Origin: Camelus dromedarius
Taxonomy: Eukaryota
Length of the DNA: 64,000 nt
Assembly (NCBI RefSeq): GCF_036321535.1
Contig: NC_087437.1
Coordinates: 113,214,001 to 113,278,000 of the forward strand
Reading direction: 5' to 3'
Shown here: in pieces, positions 1 through 13,190 of the stretch
Layout: every line of letters starts with the position of its first letter
How positions within the stretch are numbered: the first letter of the stretch is position 1
The notes under the pieces: model-generated
What the model was told of the DNA's origin: nothing
The model's database searches: none
The model's input: the letters and a program-made list of their open reading frames with translations, nothing else
Made by a program: the position numbers and the translations under genes

Positions 1-3000
1 ATTACTTTTATGTCACATGAATTTCACCTTAATGAGGAAAAAAAAAAAAAAAACCACTGGAAGAAGCAGATTATAAACATTTCAAATTGTCAGAGGCTTC
101 CCAAGTGCAAAGCAAAGAAAATATAACAAATAAGAAAAATGAAAAATAAAGCATTAAAAACAAAAAGTATGATCTAAAACCAGATAATAAATCAAGACTA
201 AATGTATTTGTCCTACCTGTCTATTGCAGATAGAAAAAAAAAAACCAACACAAACAATAACTAATTATACTTTGTAGTCAGGAAATACAAAGGGGCTTTG
301 TTTTTATTTTTTATTTTCAGCAAACACTAAATTAGTCTTGCTATGTACCAGGCATGTTCTAGTTAATAATTGGAAGCTTTATATCGCTTAATTACATCAA
401 AAGAAAGAGAATGGGCATAAACACACAAAATAAATATAAACATAAAGAAAGAAGAAATTTCCATGTTAAAATGTCCATGTATGTTGAATTCAAAACATAA
501 AACATTAAATAAAAAAGGATGTACTTACTAATCTGCTCTGATCATCTAACCTCATTAGCATATATGCACCAGATAACATAGCATCAAAATTATAAAGCAA
601 AACTTATGGAAAATGAAAGATAACAATAAAATAGAAGCAGGCAATTTAAATGTATCTATCAGTCCATAATAGAAAAAATAAACAAATATTTTAAGTAAAG
701 GTATAGAAATAAAGATACATAATTGACAGATTTTGTAAGACAGAACTAATTTAATATATATTGAACTCTATCACATACAAAATACACTTTTTTAAAAAAA
801 CAATTGAATTTTCACACACAGAAAAGATCATATATTTGGCTGTAAAGGACACCTCAGAACATTTTTTGAAGTAGAAATATTCTCTACCAACAATTATTAA
901 AAATAGAAATTAATTTTTTAAATTGAAAAATATAAATTTTTCTATCTGGAAATGAAACCTCAGAAAATTCTTGGATCAAAAAAGAAAATCAAAACTAAAA
1001 GTAAAATTATATCTAAAACCAGATTAAAAACAGCGCATATCTGAACCTATGCCATACAGCTAACGTTAGTAAATAAGAAAAAATAAAAACAGATTTACCA
1101 AAAAATGGGGAAAGGCCATTCATTTCAACAAGTGGCACTGAAACAATTAGATATTCATGTTAAAAAAAAATGAACTGAGACCCTAATCTTACACCACACA
1201 CAAACATTAACTCATGATGGGTTTAGCTTAACCTCAGTGTAAGAGCTAAAACCATAAATCCTCTAGACAGACACATAGAAGAAAATCATTGTGATGTTCG
1301 ATTAAGCAAGGATTTCTTAGACATAAGAGTAAAAGCACAATTTATGAAAGAATAAAAAACCCTGATAAGCCGGATTTCATCAAAATGCAAAACATGATCT
1401 TCAAAAGACACGATTAAGAAAATGAAAAGACAAGTCACCCAGACTGGCAGGCAATACTTGCAAGTCACATGTCTGATAAAGGACCACATTCAGAACACAG
1501 GGAAAAGTCTCACAATTTAATAAGGAGAGGACAAACAACTCAACAAGAAGTCCGAAAGTGATTTGAACAGACACTTCACTAAAGTGGATACACAAATGGC
1601 AAATAACACGCAAAAAAAATGCTCAGCATTGTTAGTCATTAATGAAATGAAAATCACAATTGCAGTGAGATATCACTGTACATCCACTAAAATGGCTGTA
1701 ATTTAAAAAGTGGACGATAGTGAATGTTGGCGAGGACGTGGGGAGACAGGGACTCTCGTACGCTGCTGGTGGGAATGTTCAAAGATACAGCTACTCTGGA
1801 AAACAGCTTAGACATTTCTTTAAAAATTAAACATATACCTACCCTATGACTTAGCAATTCCACTCCTAGATTGCTACACAAGACAAATAAAAATACATGT
1901 CTACACAAAGATTAAATATTCATAAATACTTATACACGAACATTCATATCAGCACCAGTTGTAATAGCCTCAAATTGGAAATAGTCCAAATGTCCATCCA
2001 CAGATGAATGGAAAACCAAAATGTGGTATATCTTTTAGAAGGAACACTATTCCGCAATAAACATGTATGAATCTCAAAAGCATTATTTTGAGTGAAAAAA
2101 ACCAGACACAAATGACCACATACTGTATGATTCCATCTGTATGAAATTTCTAGAAAAGGCAAAATTACAGGGACAGAAACCAGGTCAGTGTTACCTGGGT
2201 CCAGAGGTAGAAGCAGGGATTGCTGCAGACAGGAACAAGGGAATTTTTTAACCTGATGGAAATGTTCTGAAACTGGATTGTCGTAATGGTTCACAATTGT
2301 ATAAATTTACTAAACCTCATCAAACTGTACCCTTACAATGGGTAGATTTTATGGTATGTAAATTATATCTCAATAAGGCTTCTTTAAAATTTTAATTTAA
2401 CCACCTAATTCCAGATGTTAGAAATGGAAAATAACCCTAAAGAAAGTGGGAGGGGAGTTATTAAAAAGAATAAGAGTAGATTTAGAAACAAGAAAAACAA
2501 TAATGTTAATAATATATCTAAGACCTGGTTACTGAAAGAAAGAAAGAAGGAAGGAAGGAAAGAAAGAGAGGGAGGGAGGAAAAGGAAGAGAGGAAGAAAG
2601 AGAGAGAGGAAGAAAGAAAAAAGAAGGAAAAGAAACATACAAAATAAGAATTGTGAATGAAATAGCAATAGACAAAGAGGAAATCAAAGAAATGACTCCT
2701 TGATTCCTCTGCTCAATTCTGTGCAAATAAATTTGAAAACTTTGACTAAATAGATGATTTTCTAGGAAAATATAAATGACCAATACTGACCCTAAAAGAG
2801 ACTTTAAAAATCAGAAAATAACAGTTACCATAGAAGATGCTGAAAAATTTGTGGGTCATTCCCCCAGAGAAGCACCTGCTTTAGCTGATTTCACACGTGA
2901 ACCCTCCTAAGCCTTCACTGGTAAGGATGCTGTTTTAAAACCGCTCTCGAGCTTGCGGAAAGGAGAAAGCGTCCCAGTTTTTCTGATGAAGCTCGTACAT

Positions 3001-4720
3001 CAATGATAACCCAGCTTGATAAACCCACCACGATAAAAGGTAACCCCAGACCAGCTTCACGTGTGGATAAAGATGTAAATATTCTAAATACAGTATTAGC
3101 CAATAGTACATTAAAATAATTAAACATCACAACTAAATTCAATCGTGCCAAGTATGAAAGAATTGCTCAATATTAGGAAGTCAATGAATGTGATCTACCA
3201 TATGAATAAGTCTAAATAAAATGTGTTCCTCTACAAAGATTTTTAGACAGGGGTTTGTTCAATTTCAATTCCATCCTGATTTTTAAAATCTTGATCAATA
3301 AGAAGATAGATATTTCCCTAGTAAGCTAAATTAAATACATCCAAAGTCAGAACCTAGACTTACGCTTAGTGGTGAAGCGCTGGAAGCACTTCAGCACAGG
3401 CAGGAACGCGACGCAGTCGCCCCACAACTGTCAGAATGGCTGCCAACAAAAAGACAACAGATAACAAGGGTTGGTGAGGATGTGGCGAAAAGGAAACCCT
3501 CGTGCACTGCTGATGGGAAGGAGACTGGTGCAGCCAACTGTAGGAAACAGTATGGAGAGTCCTCAAAAAATTAAAGATAGAGCTACCATGTGATCCAGCA
3601 ATTCCACTCCTGGGTATTTATCCAGGAAAGTGAAAAAAACTGACTTAAAAAGATACATGCACCCTGATGTTCATAACAGCATCATTTACCACAATCTTCT
3701 TTGGTATTTTGGGAGATTTATTTTTACAATCCCAGATTGTGGCCATCTTTCCAAGCATGACACAAAAGTCAGAAATCACGAAAGACAAGACTGATAAATC
3801 CAACTACATAAGAGAGAAAAATGTATTTGTGGCAAAAGCAAAATACGATCAACCGAGTCAAGATATAAATAAATGATAAATTTGGGGGAAGTATTAGCAA
3901 CACATGTGGTAAAGTGTCAAGTTTCTTACTTATCAAAAGGCTTTTAACATTAAAAAAACAGGTCAGCAACTCAACATAAAGATGATCAAAAGGCATGGAC
4001 ACCTAGTCACAGAAAAAGAAGTACACGTGTCTTTTGAACAGATAAAAATATGCTCATTCTCATTCATAATGATAGAAATAGAAATTAAAATTATAAAGAG
4101 ATCTCATTTACTACTAGTAGAGAAGTAAAGATCATTTGTAAAGTGGGTCTATCCACAGTGCCTTCACCACAATTTACAGAGCAGTCTGAACGGTGTCCGA
4201 CACGGTGACAGCTCGTCGAAGTCAGTTACTAGTATTATCATTACTGAGGTCAATTGGTATTATTAAAATTTTATAACACACATACCTTCTTGGGAATTTG
4301 GGGGACTTAAGAGTGAACGTAACTGCAGGAAATACGTACTGGTCTAGTCACTGCAAGCAAGAAATTGGAAACCATTTAAATGTCCATCAAGACAGGAATG
4401 GTACAGACAGGGTGGAAATCCATTCAATGCAATCCTATTCAAGCATTAAAAGGAATGAGGCAGATGTCTAGAAGAGGACCAGTCTTCAACATCTTGGTAA
4501 GCAGGAAAAAATAAGCAGGATGCACATTGGTGTGTGTTGTGCCCCATCTGCATATAAAAGCTGGATGTTCTTATATGTGCAAAGAAGGTCTCTGAAAAGA
4601 GACCTAAGAATCCTTTTACTGCCCGCTGGGCAGTAATCCTTTTAAATGATTTATTTGTTTATTTTGTTTTTTCACTATGTGTCTATTACCCATTGAAAAG
4701 GCAAATCTATTTTTTTAAAG
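1..4720 (+). mobile_element. Nested, decayed L1 cluster: old ORF2 remnants interrupted by an L1M-type 3' segment (~1100-2390) and a further fragment (~3420-3690)
   Basis: A-rich plus strand with ORF2-like and 3'UTR-like motifs (e.g. CAAATGTCCATC...GAATGG, TATGATTCCAT, ATGGTATGTAAATTATATCTCAATAA). No intact ORF. Confidence 0.85.
2530..2637. repeat. GA-rich purine tract ((GAAA)/(GGAA)/(GA) mix)
   Basis: Seen directly. Confidence 0.9.
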
Positions 4721-5569
4721 AGTGAAGAATTTGCAATGAACATATTAACTCTACAGGGAATCCTAGCCATTTCTGTGCTAGTATGTTTGAAATTCCTGTT
4801 TTCAAGCATTTTAAATCCACTCCCCTAGACCTCCGGCTCTGCCCCTGATTTGCACCTTCTCGTAGAAATGTCCCCCTGAGTGAGAGAGATCGCCTGCCTC
4901 ACAATAGGAAGAAACACAAAAGGTGTGAAAACTGTATGTGTGCAGGTTGACCTGACTTTATCCACAAAGCCGTTAGAAATTCAGCAATTTATTCTCTCTC
5001 TGATTCGGTGCCACCCGTAATTACTGATTCAGTAGTTCAGCGTAGCCTGTCCTGATGCTACCACCACTAGCCCACGTCTGTCCACGCGCGCTCCCGGAGA
5101 CCCCTGAAGGCAGAGCTCTGGACTCCGGGATTCTTGCGGGGCGGGATCCGTGGTACCCGTGGCTGCTCTGCCACCCTGTGGCGAGAGGCTGCTATAACAA
5201 CCAGGCCGTCCCCGCGGAGCTGCCCAGATGGATTCCCTGGGTGAGCAGCCCAAGGGGTTCCCATAGAGGGCGCTGATGAGACAGCCGGGTTTACATGCCG
5301 GCGCTGCACCTGTTTTCTAGAACAACGGTTAGATATGTGGAAGTTACACATAACACATACAAAAGCACTCAAAAAACTGTAAAGTGCATAATTCAATGGG
5401 CATTGTTCTTTTAAAACCCCAATTCTGATATTCCATGCTTAACAGACAAAACTTCAAAGAACTGTGAAGTATGCTCAGCTCTCAGACTCCAGAGGGTTTT
5501 CACCTGCCTCTCACCTGTGGCTCCTGCACTTACTGGCTCCAGGATACGCATCCACTGGAACACATGGAG

Positions 5570-5785
5570 CCAAGGTTACCAAGTATGGTTTAAAAATAAA
5601 AAAACTCAGAAAATTTGTGATTCAGTGTGCTCTCTGCCACAAGGACCCAACTCTGCCCATGTAACAAGAATGCAGCCTCAGACAGTATATAAATGAATGT
5701 GTGGCTGGGTTCCAATAAAACTTTATTTACAAAAACAGGCCTTGGGCCGGATTTGGCCTGTGGGCCATTGTATGCTAAACCCTAG
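5570..5785. mobile_element. hAT-Charlie MITE (MER58-like)
   Basis: Contains GTTCCAATAAAACTTTATTTACAAAAACAGG...GGATTTGGCCTGTGGGCC...AAACCCT, typical of MER58 (recalled). Confidence 0.7.
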
Positions 5786-6399
5786 TCCAGAACATTCCTC
5801 TCCGTCTCTAAAATCCAATCATACTGTACCTGGTTGGCTGCGTGATGTTTTCTGGTCTGCTGTCCCATGGAGTTGAGCACATTTCAGCAGTGGGACACGC
5901 ACAGGGGCAATGACTGTGGTCTGTCTGCCTGTCATGTCCACTTTGAGTCTGTTTGAAGTTCAGTGTGTCCAGACATCTTGGGACTTCTAGGAGCTGAGGG
6001 GAGTGACACACTGAATGTCTCAGTGCTCTATAAGGCCCCAAAGTCTTTGAGCCAAGAAATCAGCTTTAAAAATGCAGTTATCAAATGCTCTCTTCCTCCT
6101 CTGGCTGCAGAAAAACACAAAATTTCCATGCCGGCTTCAGTTTCTCCCAAAGATCCTGTGAACACACGTGCACCAGGAAAATGCACCTTCTGCCTCGCTT
6201 CCTGCATGGCACCTCGTGGGCCTCCCTCCTTGCCTTCTACTTGCCACGTAGTGACGTCTTTCTCTCTCCCTCTTTCCTTCCTTTGATGCAGCATGAGTCT
6301 GTGTGTGCCCTCAGCTGCTCCCTGAATTCACACTCTCCTGACTGGGAGGAGGTCAGGTTGGCCAACTTTGGGGACTTGCTTAATAGCTGAAACATTGGA

Positions 6400-6490
6400 C
6401 CTTTCCTTTCCTTTCTTTCCTTTTCTTTCCTTTCTTTCCTTTCCTTTCCTCCCTCCCTCTCTCGGTTCGTTCTTTCTTTCTTTTCCTTTT

Positions 6491-6582
<92 letters not shown>

Positions 6583-6656
6583 TTTCTTCCTTCCTTCCTT
6601 CCTTCCTTCCTTCCTTCCTTCCTTCCTTCCTTCCTTCCTTCCTTTCTTCCTTTCTT
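6400..6656. repeat. Compound microsatellite (TTTC)n then (TTCC)n
   Basis: Near-pure pyrimidine tract of ~250 bp, seen directly. Confidence 0.98.
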
Positions 6657-7256
6657 GACAAGTATCAGAAAGGCTACCCTTTAAAGAAAAACAGGCAGGA
6701 AGATTCAACCCATCACGTGCCCACCAGGGAGCCCTGGAGGCAGCCTCTGACCTCTGAGGAGGAACCCACGTGGGTTAGTTTACATTTCAGCCCCAAATAA
6801 GCAATCTTCCCTCCAGTCCCCGGCTTCAGGCAGCCTGGATGAGGATTCACAGGGCGACCGGCTTCCAAGAAGAGGCGGGGTAACAAGCCCCTCGGCCTCT
6901 CCCTCTCGCTCTGTTTGCTGGCTGCTGTCCTTAGCACCTCCTCGTTTTCTCAGTCTCTTTTCCCATTTCCACCTCTTCAGGTCTTTAACACCTGTTTAAC
7001 CAATTCTTCCTATCAATTTCTCCGCCGAAACAAACTGTGGTTATTCGTTTCCTGATTGGTCCCTGACTGATCAGCCACAGAACAGGTGATAAGGCCCGCG
7101 GTTAAGGAATGAGAACTTGCAGTGAAAACATCACTTGAGAAAAATCACAGCTGGCTTCATAATAGCGACTTCCGCTTGGCGAGAATGGAGAGTACTGACA
7201 AGTATTAAGTGCCTGTTGTGTGCCAGGCACTGTCTAAACCCATGGCCTAGAATCAT

Positions 7257-7685
7257 TGTAGTGGCTTGAATAAAATCCATGTCCACCCAGAATCTCAAAA
7301 TGTACCCTGTTTGGACACAAGGTCATTGCAGATGTAATTAAGGGAAGAGTCCAAATGAGATCATCCTGAATTAGGGTGGCGTCCCAAATCCCACGGCTGG
7401 TGGGTGTCCTTATAAGAAGAAGAATAGACACACACATAGAGGAGAAGGCCAAGTGAGATGGAGACAGAGGTTGGAGGGATTCAGCCACAAGCCAAGGATG
7501 CCTGGAGATGCCAGAAATGGCAAGAGGCTGGAAGGGTCCTCCTCTAAAGCCCCAGAGGGAGTGGAACCCCACCGACACCTGGATTTGGGACTCTGGCCTC
7601 TAGGACTGTGAGAGGATACACTCCTGTTGTTTCCAGCCACAGATTTTGTGATAATTGTTTATGGCAGCCACAAGAAATTAGTATG
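7257..7685 (+). mobile_element. MaLR (MLT1-type) solo LTR inserted in a MIR
   Basis: TGTAGTGGCTTGAA start, GTCATTGCAGATGTAATTAAG, AGCCACAAGCCAAGGA, TTTGTGATAATTGTTTATGGCAGCC end; diverged 5-bp flanks ATCAT/ATCGC. Confidence 0.85.
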
Positions 7686-7726
7686 ATCGCTCACTGGATT
7701 CTCACAGAAAAGCTATGTTCAAAAAG

Positions 7727-8030
7727 CAGTTAGGACCTTGTTGTTTACCGATTTTATATATGGTAGTATGTATCTGCAAATCCCAAACTCCTAATTTATC
7801 CCTCTTTACTGCTTTACCCTCTGGTTACCGTAAGTTTGTTTTCTATGTCTGGGGGTCTGTTTCTGTTTTATAAATAGGTTCATTTGTATCATTTTTTTTT
7901 TAGATCCCACAAATAAGTGATATCATACTATATTCAATAACTTGTAATAACTTACAATGAAAATGAATGTAAAATAGAATATATATAATATATATATATG
8001 TAGCTGAATCACTATGCTGTACACCAGAAG
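7727..8030. mobile_element. L1 3'UTR fragment with 5' inversion
   Basis: 7727-~7928 is L1 3'UTR on the minus strand; ~7927-8030 is the adjacent downstream part on the plus strand. Confidence 0.8.
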
Positions 8031-8749
8031 CTGCCCCATGCTACCTTAAGGTCTTTGATCACCAGGTTACCCCAGAGCCCCCTCCTTGTCCTGGGGGAAG
8101 CCCTCCGGACCCCGGGAGTGAGCCCAGCCCCTAGCCCCCTCCTCGCACTCTTTCGCACGGCATTAGATCTCTGAAACTCGGAGGGCAGCCTGCTCCTGGG
8201 GACGGTCTAGTGTGACAGGGGCAATGCCCAGTGGAGAGAGAGGGGTGGGCCAGCAGCTCCGGCCGTGGGGGGCAGGGACCCCGCCTCCACTAGGGACCAG
8301 CCCTAGACAAGCAGCAGCTTTCCCCTTTTCTCCTCTCCGTGACGGTATCCCTCAGTTTATTGTGACCCGAATTTGCTGAGCCTCTTCGGTGACAGCCTGG
8401 AATGGAAAGGAGCTTAGGTCTGGGTGAGGCTGGAGAGGATGATGAAGAGCTATTCCTGGAAAGGGGAGGGGCAGGTTCCGGCACAAAGGAAGGGAGAGGT
8501 GTCCTAGCAACTTTCCAAGAATTCTGAGGCCCCAGCGCCCCTGCTCAGAGCGGGCGCCTCCCTTCCAGAGGCCTCCTTCTCTCTCTCCCTCCTGTTTCAT
8601 AATTGTGTCCACGGTGGGCCCTTTCCCACTGCACCTGATGAGTGAGTAGGAGTTAAGCCCCCGCCCAGAGAATGTCTAAAGTCCGCCCGGAGAACCTCAC
8701 TGCCTCCAGGAGCTCAGGCTCCCCGGACATTGAGAAATTCTCAACATGA

Positions 8750-8763
8750 CCACCAGGGGGCAG
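8750..8763 (+). promoter_or_regulatory. Candidate CTCF site
   Basis: TGA-CCACCAGGGGGCAG-C is a full match to the CCASYAGRKGGCRS core. Confidence 0.6.
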
Positions 8764-10224
8764 CCGCAAGCAGAGCGCCTTTCTCCGCACTTGGAGACTG
8801 GCAGACACACCCCAGTATTTCTGGAAGTATCTGTGATACCCGGCTTTACTGACCTCAAGTAGATTGACACACCAGTGAGCCTGAGGGACCAATTGCTCTA
8901 AATCTGACTCTCTTTTGTATTTGGATTTAGATTGGTTTTATGTATCCAATGCATCTTGCTTACTTGAAGAATTTACCACCCCTTATCAATCCATTCTTAG
9001 CTTTCTGTACATTTCTTTTGTCCTCAAGCCCTCATAGCCTTTGGTTACCTCCCTTAATCCGATTTAGTATTTATGTATCATTTGTGCCCATAGGGAAGTC
9101 ATCTACTGATACGGATTTAAGATCGGGCGTCCTCTGGAGAGAGCCACACACATTAATCTGCGCTCAGCACAGCCTTGCCTGGAGATACAAAGGTTGTGCC
9201 ATCTGTAACAGTTTTCCCTGCCTGTCAGCTTGTTTCTAATTCTTTTTGTGGCTACTGTCGTGTTACCACAGTATCCTGAGGGGAGACTGAATTTCAGAGC
9301 CAGGGCAATGACCATATTTCAAACCATATTCTTAGAACTTGCAATTTGGCTTGCTTTTGGCTCAGTCTGCCTTTTTCTTTTTCTTTCTTTCTTTCTTTCT
9401 CTTTTTTTTTTGGAATGGCCCAGCTAGTCTGCTGACCACCTTACATCTTTCTAAGCAGACCTCTGGGTGTACAGTGCAGATGGTATTAGGGTCTTTTTTG
9501 AAAGTAAACTGTCTGATATTAGTAAGTGTATCCTATAAAAGATGATCAAGTTGAGTTAGTGTATAGAAAAGAATAAAATCAGAGCCCTGTCATTCCTTCC
9601 CCACCTCCCAGGCCCCCAGGAGCCCTTGACCTGTCGGTGCAGCTGGAGGAGTGAGGGCTGGAAGTGATGCAAGCAGACCTCCTGCTGGCTTCCTCCTTCA
9701 GGCAACTGATGACCTTGGGTGTGTCCGTGGACCTCACTGAACCTCAGTTTTCTCAGCAGTTAAGTGACAGCCGTGGTCTAGTTAACCTTCAGAGAGCTTG
9801 CTCTCCAAGGCCGCGGTCCAGTGAATTAATTACACGTGGCATAGCTCATCCAGTGCCTTTCGCCCAGCCAGGCCAGGTGACCCCAGGAGAGGTGAGGTGC
9901 CAGGACATTCTTGGTGTTGGCTAGTGGACCGCAGCCCACGGTCAGCCGTCAGTCTTGTAGGAGGCTCAATCTGTCTGCTCAAAGAGTAGGTCCACCTCTC
10001 CTGGGCAGATTCCACAACGAATTCCAAGTGACTGCGGATCAGAATCAGCGTTATGATGCCCTCCCTTACACTGATAGAGAGTGAGGGGCCTGGCATCTGA
10101 ATAGGATGTCCTGGTGGTGCCAGGGGAAGCCAGCCCAATGCAGCGACCCTTCACGGGGCTGGGGTCTGAGGGTCCACTGGCCAGGACCACACCTGCGGGA
10201 TTGCTCCGCCCGCCTCTGCCACCG

Positions 10225-10700
10225 TGGCCAGGCAGCCCTCCAGACTCAGGACCCTCCCCCTGACTCTGCTTTCTATCAAGTGTGGCCTGGGGCTGGCCCA
10301 GAGCTATTCTTTCTCTTTAAAGCATAGGTGGTTAAGTCAGTGGTCTTTGAGCAGAATTCAGTTCAAGGTCATATATTCTTTGGCCCAGACATTAAAAAAA
10401 AAAATGGAACTAATTGCCAACATTTAAAAATCAGGGGATTTCAAATAAATATCCAGATTTCCAGCTTCTCTTAAAAACCCACAAGTCCCTCACGACGGTG
10501 CCTGAATTCGCAGCTGGCTGGGGACGCCTGGGATTCAGCGGCAGCCTCAGCCTCTCCCTTAGAAGGTCTGCCTCCAGCTCCACCTGGGGCTTTGCCACTT
10601 GCTTTCTGCCTGTAGGATCGCGGGCGTCGAGGGCAGAGTTCATCCACAGGCAATCTTACTTCCTTATTCCCGAGCCCCTGCTGCTGCCTCATCAGAGCCC
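10225..10700. mobile_element. Old hAT DNA transposon fossil (MER102/Charlie-like)
   Basis: AATTGCCAACATTTAAAAATCAGGGGATTTCA...TTTCCAGCTTCT; a related copy is visible at ~59740-59930. Confidence 0.5.
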
Positions 10701-11945
10701 CTCTAAGAACCCACATCCACATTTCAAAGGTATCATAGTGATATTAACAAAACATACACCACAGATCATGATAAAAGACTCTGGTGTTTTAAAGAAAGAT
10801 GTTATTAATATCTCAAAAGACATGTTGTCTTATCCAGTGAATACATAAAACATTGCACACAAAATGCTGAGATTCTAGCTGGAAAGCACTCAGAGAAGTA
10901 CTTGGCACGTAGCAGACACTGCAGCATGTTAAACTAAGTTTTTAAATATGGTAACAAGCATTTCAACACGTGAACATGTGAACACAAGAGGTTTGAGGGG
11001 TGCGGGGAAGTGAACTGAACGCCTGGTCCTCCAAGGACGGCGAGGACTAAAGCTCACGGGATCTCCCTGTGCCTTGAAGGTGGCAGGAATCTCGGGGGGG
11101 AGAGTGAACCGGTGATAAAGAGCCAGTCTGTGTGCCCGGAATACCCCAGCGGCCCGCCGCTGCGACTCACATTGCAGACCACGTGCGCTCTGGGTCCCTC
11201 TCCAAACCCAGCCGTCGGCCTGCGTTCCTTCACTAGGGGCCATCTGTGTCTGTCCCAGCAGGGAAGTCACATGGGGCCAGGAGATGCCAGCAGTCACAGG
11301 TGGGCTTAGAACCAAGAACGGATTTTCAGGTGGCCCAGGAACGTCCAAGATGGTGGGCAAAATGCTGTGTCTGTGTGCAATTTGGGAGCTGGGGGAGTGT
11401 CATTTGCTTTCATTAGATTTCCAAAGGGCTCTGACCCAAAGAATCACATGTCTCGAGGACTGTGGGAACCCCTGCCAGGCTTCTGCCCCAGAGATGGCCC
11501 ATCAGGAACCCTGCCTCCAAGCCCGCAGAGGCACCCCTGTCCGTCATGTGAAGCAAGGACTGGAGGATGGCCAGTGATGCTTACCTGCTGCTGTTAATTT
11601 ATATTCTGTGCCATTTTCTAACAAGGATGTTTTATTTAAGTATTCCACCCGCTTCAGGAATGCCCCAGCAGGACTGTGTTCAGGACGGTGCAGACGACCC
11701 GGAGCAGCCGGGGAAGAGGGCGGAGACCAAGGGTCCGCGTCCTCCGTGGTTTCTCAGGACAGGCCAGGCTCATGAGGCTTCTTCCACTGCTGTGAGCACG
11801 TCCCCTGGTACCGTCCACACCTACCCCTGAATCCCCTTCCCACCTCTCAGCAAGGAGGGAAGCTTCCAAGGGGACCTCTGTCTCCGGAGGAGAAGGGACT
11901 GGAGGAAAGTGCTGTTGGGGGTGGGGGGGATAGGGGGAGAGGCAC

Positions 11946-12354
11946 TGACTGAGCTCCCCGTGGCTGCTGGAACAAAGTAGCCCAACCTGAGCGGCTTCAA
12001 GCAATAGAAACCCTTCATCTTACAGTTCTGGGCACCAGAAATTTGAAACTGTGGTGTCATGGGGCCATGCTTCTTCTGAAAGCTGTCAGGGAGACTCGCT
12101 CCTGCCTCCCCCAGCTCCTAGTGGTAGCCATCATCCCTTGGTGGTCCTTGATTGGCAGCTGCATCACTCCAGTCTCTGCCCAAATCGCCTCTTTTCGTCA
12201 GGACATCAGTCATATCGGGTTAGGGCCCACCCCTAGGACCTTACCTTCCTTGATCACATCTGCAAGGACCTTATTTCCAGAAAAGGTGGCACTCACAGGT
12301 ACTGGGGTTAGGACTTGAAGGTATCTTTTGGGGGGACAGGTTTCAACCACAACA
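11946..12354 (-). mobile_element. MaLR (MLT1-type) solo LTR within KCNE1 3'UTR
   Basis: TG...CA ends with perfect 5-bp TSD GGCAC (11941-11945 and 12355-12359); ATCACATCTGCAAGGACCTTATTTCC core. Confidence 0.9.
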
Positions 12355-12824
12355 GGCACCTCACCTTGTGTGTTGACATCAGCCCACACCCAGGCCTTCC
12401 CCTGGGCTCCTGAGGGCAGGGAGGGCAGCCCTCCTTCCCACCATGATAACTGAGCCCCTTCCCCTTGGTTCACATTCTGAAGTGGGATTTTTTTTTTCCC
12501 CTGCATCTCAGTCCTGTAGGACGGAGATTAGGCTGTGTGAGTAGGAAGTGCGCGTGTGTGTCCTTGTGCATCTGTGTGTCTGCGTGCATGTGTGTGGCTG
12601 TGCATGTGAATGTGTGTCTGCGGGCGAGGGGAGGTGTGTGTGAGGAAGGGTGGGCATAAGGGAGGAGTGGGAGGCAGGAAAGCAGGAAGAGAACTGAGCC
12701 ACAGGAGTGAGGATAGAAGTGAAAAGGGAGAGTAAGTCTTGTCCTGTAACCAGTGGGGAAGTGTGCTTGTGACAAAGATGGGAACATTATGTCTTCGGTC
12801 TTAGTTTCATAAGGTAGGCGTATA

Positions 12825-13190
12825 AGTTAGGATATTGATTCTGCTGCTGTTAAAGCCAACATAACAGTGGCTTAAGGAAGATCGAAATTAGTGTCTCTTT
12901 CCTATAAAGCCTGAGCTGGTAGCTGCCCCATGGTGGACGCCCCATGTCATTGCCCAAGGACCTAGCCTCTTGCTGCTTTGCACTCTGTGAATACACTGTC
13001 CTTTTCCAGAGCCAGGGCTGGCTCACACCTCACCCAGTCCCACTGGGAAGAGAGGAAGGGGAGTCGAGGAACATCCTTTCTTTCTCAAGGATCACTCGGA
13101 AACTGCGCACATCACTCCAGTTCTACCGGCCAGAACTTTGTCGTGTGACCTCGCCAGCTGCAAGGGAGTCTGGGAGACACAGCTCTTAGT
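12825..13190. mobile_element. Old MaLR/ERVL LTR remnant in KCNE1 3'UTR
   Basis: CATAACAGTGGCTTAAG...GCTGCAAGGGAGTCTGGGAGA pattern typical of old MLT1 elements. Confidence 0.5.

Noticed and set aside
6328..6708. K/E/R-rich and F/L/S-rich ORFs
   Set aside because: Translations of the microsatellite.
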